From Eimeria praecox (lineage: Eukaryota): 64,000 bases of DNA. The notes below the pieces were generated by a model. That model saw only the letters and a list, made by a program, of their open reading frames with translations. It did not search any database and was not told where the DNA came from. Positions 15,001-28,200 of this stretch are shown piece by piece; position 1 is the first letter of the stretch; the number at the start of each line of letters is the position of its first letter. The stretch lies in the NCBI GenBank assembly GCA_963920595.1, contig OY986950.1:4960001-5024000 (forward strand). The letters run 5' to 3'. The translations under genes and the position numbers were made by a program.

Positions 15001-18000
15001 AATGCCATCTCCGTGATTTGCGGCAAAAATACAGAACAGGACGAGAAACCTGCCATCATGAGGTATGATGTGGACTTGCTCACTTAGGCATCAGCTGCGC
15101 AGCGCAACGAACGCAGTACTCGTTTTCCCCCATAAGGATAACATGAAGTGATCCACCACGTACTCTAGGAATGCTGCCGTTGAAACCTATTTTAGGCCGG
15201 TGGAATTCATTTGGAGGCCAAGCCTAAGTTTTAAACGGTACGATAAAAATGTGGGTGTTAGTGCGTTTCATTGCTTCGGTACTTCGCCAAGCACCGTATA
15301 GGCTGGAGAGGGTTGCCACAGGGTGCGTTGCAGCGTTGCATTGTGCCACAGGACATCTGTTGGACTTCACATGATAACCTGGATGGCCATTGCTATTTGA
15401 TGATAAGCGTCGGTTGTTCATCATAGCACCCACTATCTGTTGTGTTGTTCAAACAGCTGCGCATTGCTTTTTGGTTATCTCGTCTGTTTCACATATGTGC
15501 TTTCGACCTACTTTTGCGTTAACCTCATTTGCACAAGACAAATCAGGACAGTGCAAGTCGTCAAGAGCAAATTTCAGGTAATAGGACTGGAAATCGAAGC
15601 TTCATTACGTCCAGTCATCGATGTGGGATTCGCTTCAGGAAGTGCGTCGTTAGGCCGTTAGCGAAATTAGCATGCAGCAAACACGATTTGGCATATTCTG
15701 CAGTTTAGCGCTCCGCTCACTTGACTAGCTTGTTCCTGTCGTTAGCATATTGCTGTGTGGGTTTTAGAAGCTGCTGTCTGGTTGTGCATCTGCGGTTGAG
15801 GGAGGCTGGCTTTCAGCCCTAAATCGGTTTGTTCGTCATTAGACATGGACTCGTAGTAGACGCTCTTGAGCGCAAGCGGTTGGTGTTGAGATATCAGAGG
15901 TGCTCATTCTAGAAGGCAGCTCACCTATGGTCTCGACCTGTTTGGGAAGTCCTGATCACCAGGTAATATGATGTTTTGATATTATGCTTGAGTATGCGCC
16001 TGCACAACAGTGTATATATGCTTGCCTGCCTGTACAGGGCCACTCGTTCGCTCGGAACATTCGTCTTTCACTACTTGTTCTGCTCGTTCTCCTCGATTTC
16101 CCCCTCATCATTGCGAATGTTGCTGCGGCTGCCCAGCTACATCCAACCAGCGCACGGTGGGCACCTTTGGCACTCGGGTTTATCCAGCAAATGGCTGTAA
16201 ATGCTCATCTTCATTATGATTCAATTCATTCGTGCATATACCAGGTATTTTGGTTTGACCGACAGGCAATGGGTCCTTGCGGCTGGGCCGAGCGGTGACG
16301 GATTGCCTATTCTGCCTTGCATTTGAAACTCGCAGGAATAGCTCGCTGGGACTCCACATTGTTGCACTGTGCCCATCATGCCAAAATAATGCAATTTAAG
16401 ACGTGTGTAAAGTTGTGTTAAACGAAAAAGTAACAGCGAGCTGATGAAGCGGCAACCGAATGTGCCTGTCGGTCATGGCAGGCACAGTTGCTTGCAAAGA
16501 CTGCACATTAGAAGAAACCAGCGAAGCAGCTGTGGCCTTCCAAGGTTTTGTGAATGCTGTCGAGGCATGCCGAGGCTAGGCGTTCTATCTGTTTGGGTTA
16601 TTGCAGCTAGTGCGTTAGTGGAGACTGCCTCTAGAGATCAGCAGAGTGTGTATAGTACGCTCAAGAGACAGCATCTGGGAACTGCAAATTGATGTGGCAT
16701 TCTGAAGGAGTGCCGCTTTAGCGGTGGACAAGCGAAGATTAGCATGTGCTGGGTTGTATCTTTGTGGCATCTTTGACTAACAAGTGTACAGGTTTTCTAC
16801 GGTTAGACGCACCGCCGGAACAGAGTGCTGACCCTTTCAAAATATGCTGTAAAGATCTACAATGGCGTGAGGCAGCACCTGGCAAAACAGAAGCCTTGTT
16901 GCATGCTAAAGGCACATAAGGCAGAAACTCAGACCATGCAGAGACACTTAATACTCCCAAGAAAGTGCGGCGTGTACAGTGCTGATCCTTAGCGATCCAT
17001 GTCGGTGGTTCCCTGTTCCACCGTGCTCTCCATGCAGGCCCTGATGGGTAATCGTAAGTACAAGGCTCTCTGTAAGTAGTTGACACGCATATTGTGCTAG
17101 AATTTGGAAGTTATGATGCTGGAATCTTAGTTTGAGGAGCAGCCTGAAAGCCCTCTCGGCCAGGTTCCGGCGAAAATGGCGATTGCTTAGTCCCCGCTGG
17201 CTTCTCAAAATGTGAACCTTGCATGGGAAGATGTCGTTAACTCGCTGCGTTCCTCGTAACGAAAATGGTGAGCCCGGACAACTGAAATTGTTTGCGGTGG
17301 CGCGGAAATCCTACTTGATGTATGATAGGCAGTACGTCATACCAGCCGTTGTGTTGGGCTTTAGGGAAACTGCCTTCATTCATTTTTTTGCGGGTTGAAG
17401 CCTTTCAGAAGATTCACCATCTTAACACGAGGTGGCCCCATGGATAAAACAGGCTGCATAGTTTGATGGCTTTTAGTATGTGAGCTGCTAGCCATAGGGT
17501 CAAGAAACAACCAGCTGCGGCACCTGTCTGTAGATGTACAGCATGGCAGATATAAGCGAAAGTCGTTCTTATTCTTTCGCCGTGTTTATTAATGCTTCCC
17601 TTACCCTCTGGCTGTTAGTAGAGGAACCCGTATGGCACGAAACGAGCATGGGAAGCTGCGCGTTCTATAATGGGTTTTATACACGCGGCTCGGACTTGCG
17701 CAACGCGCCTAACTATCAGGGGCGTCGCAAAAAGGGATTCGCTGTTGCGTGCCTTTACACTTTTCGATGGAGTCCCACCCAACAACGCGAGGACGAACGA
17801 ACACAGGGAATCGTCCCCTTGTGAGGGACGGCACAGGGTCCATGGAACGCCATGTGCGTTTGGCCCAAGTGCATTTTCTAATTCAAGGTGCTTTGTACTA
17901 GCTAACAAACAACTAACTAGCTGCCAGCGCATCGTTGCTGCTACTGCAAGCACATGCCCTGCGCCTCGGCGTACTGAGATTGCGTCAATCTCTCTAGTAT

Positions 18001-20424
18001 GAGCACTTTCACTGTGCCTTACAAAGCACATAACCCGTAGGTTGTGCGTTGCAAAAGTGCCTTTCTGCATTTTGCTTTCTGCAAAATGCACTCCAGCGCC
18101 GACAGACCAGTGCCTTTCTATCAGCTTTAATGCATACGAAAGTTAACAACTGAAGCAGGCTTCAATTCAGGATGCATTCTGCCTTCAAAAGCTTAGATTT
18201 GTTGTTTATATATGCCATTAGGGCATCTCAATTTGTACGTGCTACTGCAGCCGCGCCTGCATTCTTGTGTGTACCGTTGCACCCTCATGGCCCCAGAAAG
18301 ACAAGAGACCTAACTTACTAGTATGCACTTGCTTTGATCATTACGTGAAGTTACACTCCATCTCTGTTTCTAGGATGCATTTGTACACTCTCGGTGGTGT
18401 GCCCATTTAACGGAAACCGCCAGTTCCGTTGTTGTGCAGATATCGCAGATTCCGTTTGATCGTCATCTGCGTTCCCCTGCTCGCCTCTAAACGACGGAAG
18501 CAGCAGGCTTCATTGCAGCACAGGAAGAGACATCTATAGAGTCAAAGCAACTAACTGAATTGGGTTCCTGCTGTTCTGAATAGTGCGCGACAGGAAACGG
18601 GGCATTACGTGTTTACTGTGTCCATGCCGACAGCCATCCAGGTAGGGTGACGCATGCGAAATCTGGCTGAGACTGTGACCCTCAATATAGAGGAGTATTG
18701 CGGAGTAGGGCAGCATCTTTACTCAGCCGTGTCCATGGTCGCTTGTCGTTATATCGGAATTGGTGTGAATGATCTTCTAATGCCTCCTTCTGCGACAGGT
18801 GACTGTCGTTCGGCTTCAATCTTGCTGCCGCAATCTGGCTTAGGACATTTTGGAGACCGGCGTTCAAGCCCTTGTGCAAGGTCCGCATTAGAACTCGAAA
18901 TTAAATGAGCATCAAGCCGCATATAAGCATCCTGTCCTTCTAAGGAAGTATGCATTTATCTGGATCAGGGTTTTGAAGCAGAATGGTGTAGTCGAGAACA
19001 AGCACGTAGCAAAGCTGTGCTGGTTGGGCACGAAGGCTGCAGGAGTTTTCGCAGGCTTCTCCCTTGACTTACGCGCTGGCTTAGAAGAATTTGCAGCGTT
19101 GTGGACATGTATGGTGTTTTTTGAGGGTTCCTCATATAATAACACATCCTGTTTGCGTGCAAACTAGTTGTTTCCAGTCTTACTCCGGCGACTGCGTAAA
19201 TGTGATAATCGTTGGGCAACGGATATCATCCTTTAGGGACTTTCACATTCTTATTTGGCTGCATCAGATGCTATTGAGAAGCAGCTTCAGTACACTCCAG
19301 CTGGGCGCCATCCTTTGCAGGCTTTCAGTGTCAGGTGCATATTTGTTTCCACTGGCTTCCTTTTCAGTGTCAACTGATCGAGCGTACTACCTATGTAAGC
19401 AAGCGAGCTTTCCCGCTAGAATGTAAGTTTCTTCCTGCATGTGTGGACACCGGCAGTCTACTGCACTTGTAGAGAACATACGCTCCATTATGTAGCCTTC
19501 AACAGTGTTTCGGTGCCACCAAATCCGCTGAAACAGTTGAACTATGCCGACAAACCGAAAACTAGGCTTCAAGCATAGGCAATGTGGCGCCCAGGCACAA
19601 AACTCTTGGAAGGAAGGGAATTTTCATGTAGCGTCTGTAGTTTAGAAAGGCTTTTTCATGAGGACATTGGATTCATCCTCAGTTATTTTCAAACTGTAGC
19701 TCTCCCCATGATCCCCTCGTTTAAATGCTGCAGCTCCGTATACTTTAGGCATCATGCCGCGTATAACACTAAGAGAGCCAAGAAGGCCATGCTTTATAGC
19801 TTTGGAATGCATAACTCGCTTCCCAGGTCTGGCGGCCTCTCATACAACGCTTCCAAACAGAGTTTGTTCAAACAGAGATGCTGGATGAAGCAGTGCTGCA
19901 TCCTTGCTGCAGATTGTAGGTATTTTGAAGAATTGCTCGGGCGGATCTTATCAATTCTACCAGGCTGCTGCTGTGTTTGCGGAGAATCAGCTTGCTCCAA
20001 GGGAACTTTGTTTGCCTCGGATTAGCAGCCTCCTGGAACAAACAGTTTGGCATATCTGCTGGTAGCAGCAGATCGAACAGTGCGCAGCCAAACCCTATGA
20101 TGAATACAGTGCCGCCGGCATACTGCATCCCCGGCAGGCAGGGCACCTCGCGTATGGAGTGGCCATCTGCTTAATAGCTGTTCTTTTGAGTGACGTAGCC
20201 ATTGATATACTTCTCCAAGGTTTCGCGGTAAACGGCTATTGCCACCCGGTTGAAGCTTGTGAGAAATTTATTGTTTTAAATACACTGCTGCTCGCATAGG
20301 CGGCGTTACACCTAGCTGCTGTTAGTCTGATTTACTGCTTCACACAAATTGAATCAACATGCTTGACGCATCGAACGCCCAATCTGGGAACAGGTTAGAA
20401 TATAGGTCGGTTCTATACCGGTTT

Positions 20425-20444
20425 ATCATCATCATCATCATCAT
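20425..20444. repeat. (ATC)6 microsatellite
   Basis: ATCATCATCATCATCATCAT read directly. Confidence 0.9.
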
Positions 20445-23400
20445 AAAGGGAATATGGGTGAGCCACTATGCTTTGGGTCTTCAGGATGTGCGCTTCCTCC
20501 AGCAATCTACGCAGTTGATCCCCAGGCAGTTGCATGCCGGCGTACATAGTCCTCTGTGCTTAGTTCGTCCACCATTATATGGAGTTCACATAAAACAGGG
20601 GAAGCAACTGTGTCGCGTACGCTATACTTTAGTTTGTTTATGCAGGCTAGCTGCATATGCAGAGTATTGGTGTCTACAGTATATAGAAAGAAATTATTTT
20701 CTGAGCAAGATGCCATTTGCTGTGCCGAAATCGCTGGTACACGCATTATGTTCCCTATGCTATCATGTGTAGCACATTTTAAACTAGTATTTTTCTAGAT
20801 TGACATTTTTGGCGTGGGGGCCATTGAAACAACGAAGGCAAAGTTCCTCCTGTGAAAAGGCGCTGACGGGCGTTCATGCGTCATGCGTACCCCATCCCAC
20901 TCAAGCCCTAACAACCTATTTTGCCCACCAGTGTACGAACTGAATAAACCAATCTTGGACCCTATTGTCAGCTATGCTGCCATTTACAAGGACTGTTTTG
21001 GAACTAGCTCCACTTCACCAGTGCCGTCCAAGGCATTCTGCAGCAGCTACTAAAAGGAGCGTACTTGTCGCCCATGGATGAAAAAGGCCGTATGTGGGCT
21101 ATCTTTGGACGTATAGCTACATCGCTTCTCTTGTGCGGAACAATATAACTGTACGTAAGAAGAAACTAGGAAGCTCGTGTCAATGCACGCGGCAAAATGC
21201 TGCTTGCAGCACAGGTTTTGCAACCGGAAAACGTTTACCTAGCTTAGCGGTTTTTCAGGCAGCCATTGTTCTCGAAATTGGCACCTATTCCAGTGCAGCA
21301 ATGAGGTATTCGCATGATGAACACCGATACTAAAGATGCGCGTGCTGTGATGTGTGATTACCCTGTAGATGGTGCGGCGCTCACCGTAGAGCCTTGAAAT
21401 ATTAGAGATATGGCTGGTGCCGTTTTGGCACTGGTTCGGAAAGTATAGCTCATTAGGGAACATATGTAGCCTTTTAATGAGTAGCGCCTGAGTAGATAAC
21501 AATCCCCCGGCTTACAAGTATGTCAACGCTGCAAACCCCCGTGGCGGTTTATCCACATGTCTTTTGCGTTGAAGGCGAAGAACATACTGCTTGGTCAACT
21601 GCATTTGTAGCAGTTAGCAAACCAAGAGCGCAGGAGGTACGATGAGGCAGGCCATGCAAACTTTGGTGTAGTTCGGGGGCCCGATTAATAGTAATGAAGG
21701 TGATAAGTAGACTACGGCAGGCATTGTACACTGGATGATTTAAGTGAAAACGATCAGGCAAGCCTAGATCCCGTGCTTTTACTTGAAGATATTCCTAATT
21801 GCTTAGGTGGTCTTACCCCTTTACAGGGGCGTGCAAAGCTATAAATCTGTTTACCTTGATGTCTATGGCCAGCAAAATGTATTCTACAGTGGAATTTGAC
21901 ATTTGCGCTTTGGATTCTTTGCGGGCTAGCCAACCGGGCCAAAACAGGTTTCTCTGCCTGCTGGTCAGGTGTCCTATGATCGTATTATATCAGCTGCAGC
22001 TTGCATGAACGCAGACTGCATTTGGACGGATTCGGACTGTAGTGGCGCAGCAACTACTATGGCAGATGATGCATGCTTTGTTTACCAAGTGGCACGCTTA
22101 AGTGAGCAGCGCATCATACTGCATCGGCGTGTTAAAAGGCTGGCAGATAATCCCTTTGTCCACTGCCGCTTTCAGTGGATTTTGCATGGTGTTGACGGCG
22201 CATGTACGTGCCAGCCACCTGGATGTTGAGCAGTGAATTTGCATACCTGCATAGCATGGCCTGCAAACCGCAGGTATGAACTCTTCAGAAACTGCAACAC
22301 AGACCGGTACACCATACCAGTTCTGAATGGCCTGTTATAGCGTGCTTGCAGCACGTTGAGTGCAGGCTGTTTGCATTGAATTAGTTTTTCTTAAAGAGCT
22401 GTCACATGCATACGCTTCGATGGCCCAGGGATTGCATCCTGCAGGCAAAGAAAGGCCTCAAATACGGTAACTGCTGATCCCCGGAATGAGATGCAATGAA
22501 ACAATTTCCAAGCGACCCGTTAGAGGGCAGGTTGGAATCCTCTTTGCTTCCAGTGGCGCGAGTTGCCAAGAAATTCTTCGAAGTGCTATGAAGGAGAATG
22601 CGTCTATATATACTGCATAGGAACCTGACAGTCTCGCTTCACACTCATCTGCCGTAGTATGCTGGTCATTGTCGGGGCTATTGAAATGTTTAGCTCTCGT
22701 GCTTAGGCACCATAGACAACGTCATAGTTGTACTGGGACGCAAGCGCCTTTTCAGAGAAAGCTGACGCTTCATGCAGGTGATTTGGTTTCACTGACACTC
22801 TGTAATTGGATCCCTACAAAGATTGCCTCGTCATCTTGGCAATTTACTTACTAGGCCTTTTTTAAGTGGGCCACTAAAAATATTGTGAGTTAATATTTGG
22901 TTCAGTCGTTGAAGTGCTTAACGCAGCGTCCTCCAGCGCGTGCCAGAATTGTATCAAAGTCCTGCGCGTTGCGAGACCACGCCACGCCTAGGGCAGATAC
23001 CTACTGTCCGAGAGAGCATTTCGACCCTGATGGGCTGTGTGCGTCTGGCTGCTGCGATGTGGAGTGATATGGGTCAGCATATACACAACACTAATTCGTG
23101 CTTCGCATGGAATGTGCTATTCAGCTGCGTGTACTCCGCATTTTCACACTTCCGGCAGATGGCAGGGATATGGACGGTCCGAAGCCAGCCCACCGGGCGT
23201 GTCTCCCGCCTTTACACATTGTTGAAAACAGCAGGCATTAGTCAAAGAAAAGTGCATTGCTGCTCTAAACATTGCGAATCACACAATAAAGAAGAAGGTG
23301 CGCCTAGAAACGTCATTAAGGTGTAGCCGATTAAAGTTGTACCCGTTGGAACAGTCTGTGCATGCTCAAGGGAATTGAGCTGCGGTTGCTGAGGGAGTTT

Positions 23401-23980
23401 GCTCTAAGTGGTCTCTAAAAATGTCATTGTCTGGCAGGCGTCCACCGTAGCTTGCCTTGTGCTTGTGCGAATCCGGTGCCCACAGTATTCTAGACCGCCT
23501 AGCCGAGACTCGTTTCGATAGCCGCCGATCAGCGGCCAGTGATGATATGTGCTGTGGCTTGTCGGGCCCTTTACGTTGCCTGCGTGCATGTGCATTTTTA
23601 TCTTAAGCTTGGCGTTTCATACTTCCATCAGAGCGGTGCAACCAGGTTGAGGCCGCAAGACAAAGCGACGCGTGGTGTAATGTGCAGTGAGGTCAAACGA
23701 CTTCTGAATCACCAAGGTAGATTCGACGCTAAGCATGTCGCTAGCTTTGGTAGCTTAATGCTGCAGAAAGTGCGCGCAGGTCCACCATTTTGTTTTGCAC
23801 GGTGAGAAAGCATTGCCCAAGAGATAGTTGTTTCCAGACTGTTTCCAGATACTTCATCGCTACTTCGAATGTCGCACATTTTGGTCCATCGTACGTGTCC
23901 ATAGTCTACGCACAAACGTTCACGCAGGAGAAGCTGTCATAAAAGCATATATTGATATCCATGCCATGAGACTGGTGTGA

Positions 23981-24010
23981 GGGGGAGGAGGGGGCGGGAG
24001 GGCGTTTGGG
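23981..24010 (+). other. Canonical G-quadruplex-forming motif
   Basis: GGGGG-AGGA-GGGGG-C-GGG-A-GGG-CGTTT-GGG: five G-tracts of 3 or more with loops of 1-5 nt. Confidence 0.7.
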
Positions 24011-25226
24011 TACGCTACTACGCCTGCCTTATGGTTCTTTTCCCGCGGTAGCCAATGCTGGAGGGCATTCCTTTTCGCTGTTATCTGTAGAAGCTTTCTT
24101 GCTAGGATTTATTTCCTGCAGAGTACCAACCTTATTAAGAAGCCCTCCTGGGCAGCCTGTTTGGATAAGAGTTGCGTATGGGGCTTCTCCTTGTGCTCTG
24201 CACAGGTGACAATGCGTAAGAGCATTGGTTCTTTGGTTGTGTACTACGCGGCAATGCCATAAACCCAAGCAATTATACGAGAATCAGCAAGTATGGTTTT
24301 GCGTACCATTAGGCTGCGAGGGTTGAAGCGATTACAGGCTAGCATGGCCATCTCAGGGCATCATTTCCACTGCTTGTCCATGCGGCATGAATTGTGCCAA
24401 CAACGTTTACTGGGCAAGCAGGTTTGTGCTTGTTGATCGGTTTAAAATTCGCTGCAAACGCCGCCTAACCGGAACAGTGAAGAGGACTCTATACGTCCTG
24501 TATTGTTATCCGACGACGTGTCTCCCCAGTGATAACTCTGCAGGCAGAATCTTGCCTTTGGCAGTCAACTAGATTACCACACAGTAGTCGCTTTTGTCGT
24601 TTACCGCACTGAATGCACATTCAGTTGCTTTTACTGAATGGAGCGTTAGAATAACTGAACATGTTTATGTTCACTGTGTCTAACAATAGCACTGATGGAC
24701 GAAAATGGACTTCCTGTATTGTCTTTTCTCATCCCAAGTAGCTTACGGTTCCTTACTAAAAGTATATTTTGTTGTCGGTCAAAGGTAGTATTGGGCACGG
24801 ACCAGTCGATAGACCCTAAAAACGCCTTTCTGTTGTTTGTTGAACTGCCTCGAGTTGTACCAGCATTTTTTTCATTCACAGTTGCATCGGGGGCCATCGG
24901 TTTGTTGCGCTACCGAAGTGGCCACCTGCTTTATCAAGGCCTTCAGGAGACCACCCTCGCTGTGTGATGTCGCGTCAGTGCGTGCACCAGCGGTTTGCGG
25001 ATCGGCCACCGACTCAAGCAAAGCCTGAGCATTTCGTGTTGTGCAGAACAATGCTCACCACGTAAACACCTCAGAGTAGAGACACGCCGGGTAGTCGCTC
25101 ACTGCAACGTGTGGAATGCCTCCAAAGTGCCATTTTATGCAACGCAGTTCAAAGAACTTCTGAACATATTTGATGTCTGGATATTATTAGTGCAGCCGCA
25201 TTCATTTACCTGTTATCGTAGCGTCT

Positions 25227-28200
25227 TTCGAAGACGGGGATGGCTGATGTCACTAGCGATTGCGGCCAAGAGCTTTTAGGCTGTCAACAAGAAGCTCTAG
25301 AGTTATGTTGAAGCACATACATGTGCAGTGTTGTCAGTTTCATGCTTTGTGGGCCAGCGAGTTCGTGCTTAGAGCCATACGAAGTGCACATAGATATTCG
25401 CCAGATGGTCTTACCGAGGACGTATGAAAGGGGGGGTTCTTGAGGGCGCTCCAACAGGACGCGCGTGTGCTCAGTTGTCGGCACTTGCGGTACGCGATCC
25501 CGTGACCATATGGGCACCCTAGGTATTTGAGGTTCGGCTCACTGCAACAGTTCAGCAGGGAATGGCTCTTACTCTGCATAATTAGTTTTCGTAGAGCAAC
25601 ATAGCTTGCGTGCTCTGCTATCAGCAAGTACGCCACAGTGAAAGCACTCCTTCAGGAGAATAGCGCGGCTTCCCAGAGTGGCTGCATGTCCCGCTGGCCT
25701 TCGCTTGTTAGGTTGCCCTAGCTTGCAAAGCCGCCTTAGTTACTAAGATCGCCTCTTCCATGTAAATGCGACCTATTTGGTTGCATCGGGCTTTGCCTGC
25801 AAGAGCTTGGATATGCGCAGGCTGGCTACACGCAGGCTGTACGGAGCTTCGCTGAGTGCCTGCATGGCTGTCAATTAACCTGCTGACGTCGATGCTGTCA
25901 AAGCGTATGTACTTGGATAGCTGAATGTGAAAATTCCCATCTATGTGCATGGCTTCCGAAGGCAGTGACTCTGCTGTAGAGAATCTTTGCCCACGTTCAC
26001 CAAAGATTGTCTACTGGCTTATGAAAGTTCCTAACCTCATAACCATTTGTGACGCCTGCAGCTCTGCCTCTGCTTTTCCTTGTGCTTATGCACTTCGAAT
26101 GCAGTAGTAGGTTTTGACTGCGTCAGCCAGTATGAATATATTCAATGTTTTGCTGATGGCTTGCCAGAAAGCCATCAGTTTAATGCTTGCCTTATTCATC
26201 CGCAGTGAGAACGGCTCAAATCCTCAGAGTACAGCGAGGGGCGCGACGCTGGAGTACACCACTTTCCGTCTTTGAATGATTCTCGGTGTCTTGTGATTAT
26301 GCTATTCCTGTTCCATATTATTTTTCCAAGCCTCGAATATTGAACTGGATATTTGCTTAATCCGTCCTGCGTGGCTGGAGACGCCTGCTTTGAACTACTC
26401 CCTACGAGATGAATGGGCCTCTACTATGTAGTGTGCATTCGTTTCCAACACAAGGCTGCCAGTTTGGCGACATTACTGGTTACATTTTTGCCTAATGGGG
26501 ACTGACCCCACGATACATTATGGAAGCAACTTACGCTGCAAAGCTTCGCAGTGTTTAGCTCGCGCGTGCCACTTCCAGGAGGGGCGAGCATTCAGTTACC
26601 TTTGCTATCTGGTATGCATGTGCATGCCAAACGGAGTTGCCGGTTACGGTTGCGTCAGTCAGTACGCTTGCATTCGGTCTCAGGCTCATGGCTTACTAGT
26701 AAGCCAGGATGCGTTCGAAGACGGGGATGGCTGATGCAACTAGCGATTGTGGCCAAGAGCTTTTAGGCTGTCAACAAGAAGCTCTAGAGTTATGTTGAAG
26801 CACATACATGTGCAGTGTTGTCAGTTTCATGCTTTGTGGGCCAGCGAGTTCGTGCTTAGAGCCATACGAAGTGCACATAGATATTCGCCAGATGGTCTTA
26901 CCGAGGACGTATGAAAGGGGGGGTTCTTGAGGGCGCTCCAACAGGACGCGCGTGTGCTCAGTTGTCGGCACTTGCGGTACGCGATCCCGTGACCATATGG
27001 GCACCCTAGGTATTTGAGGTTCGGCTCACTGCAACAGTTCAGCAGGGAATGGCTCTTACTCTGCATAATTAGTTTTCGTAGAGCAACATAGCTTGCGTGC
27101 TCTGCTATCAGCAAGTACGCCACAGTGAAAGCACTCCTGCAGGAGAATAGCGCGGCTTCCCAGAGTGGCTGCATGTCCCGCTGGCCTTCGCTTGTTAGGT
27201 TGCCCTAGCTTGCAAAGCCGCCTTAGTTACTAAGATCGCCTCTTCCATGTAAATGCGACCTATTTGGTTGCATCGGGCTTTGCCTGCAAGAGCTTGGATA
27301 TGCGCAGGCTGGCTACACGCAGGCTGTACGGAGCTTCGCTGAGTGCCTGCATGGCTGTCAATTAACCTGCTGACGTCGATGCTGTCAAAGCGTATGTACT
27401 TGGATAGCTGAATGTGAAAATTCCCATCTATGTGCATGGCTTCCGAAGGCAGTGACTCTGCTGTAGAGAATCTTTGCCCACGTTCACCAAAGATTGTCTA
27501 CTGGCTTATGAAAGTTCCTAACCTCATAACCATTTGTGACGCCTGCAGCTCTGCCTCTGCTTTTCCTTGTGCTTATGCACTTCGAATGCAGTAGTAGGTT
27601 TTGACTGCGTCAGCCAGTATGAATATATTCAATGTTTTGCTGATGGCTTGCCAGAAAGCCATCAGTTTAATGCTTGCCTTATTCATCCGCAGTGAGAACG
27701 GCTCAAATCCTCAGAGTACAGCGAGGGGCGCGACGCTGGAGTACACCACTTTCCGTCTTTGAATGATTCTCGGTGTCTTGTGATTATGCTATTCCTGTTC
27801 CATATTATTTTTCCAAGCCTCGAATATTGAACTGGATATTTGCTTAATCCGTCCTGCGTGGCTGGAGACGCCTGCTTTGAACTACTCCCTACGAGATGAA
27901 TGGGCCTCTACTATGTAGTGTGCATTCGTTTCCAACACAAGGCTGCCAGTTTGGCGACATTACTGGTTACATTTTTGCCTAATGGGGACTGACCCCACGA
28001 TACATTATGGAAGCAACTTACGCTGCAAAGCTTCGCAGTGTTTAGCTCGCGCGTGCCACTTCCAGGAGGGGCGAGCATTCAGTTACCTTTGCTATCTGGT
28101 ATGCATGTGCATGCCAAACGGAGTTGCCGGTTACGGTTGCGTCAGTCAGTACGCTTGCATTCGGTCTCAGGCTCATGGCTTACTAGTAAGCCAGGATGCG

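Noticed and set aside
16734..16746. GAAGATTAGCATG match to the U6 snRNA core
   Set aside because: Only 13 nt match; the ACAGAGA box and the downstream GCCCCTGCGCAAGG are absent.
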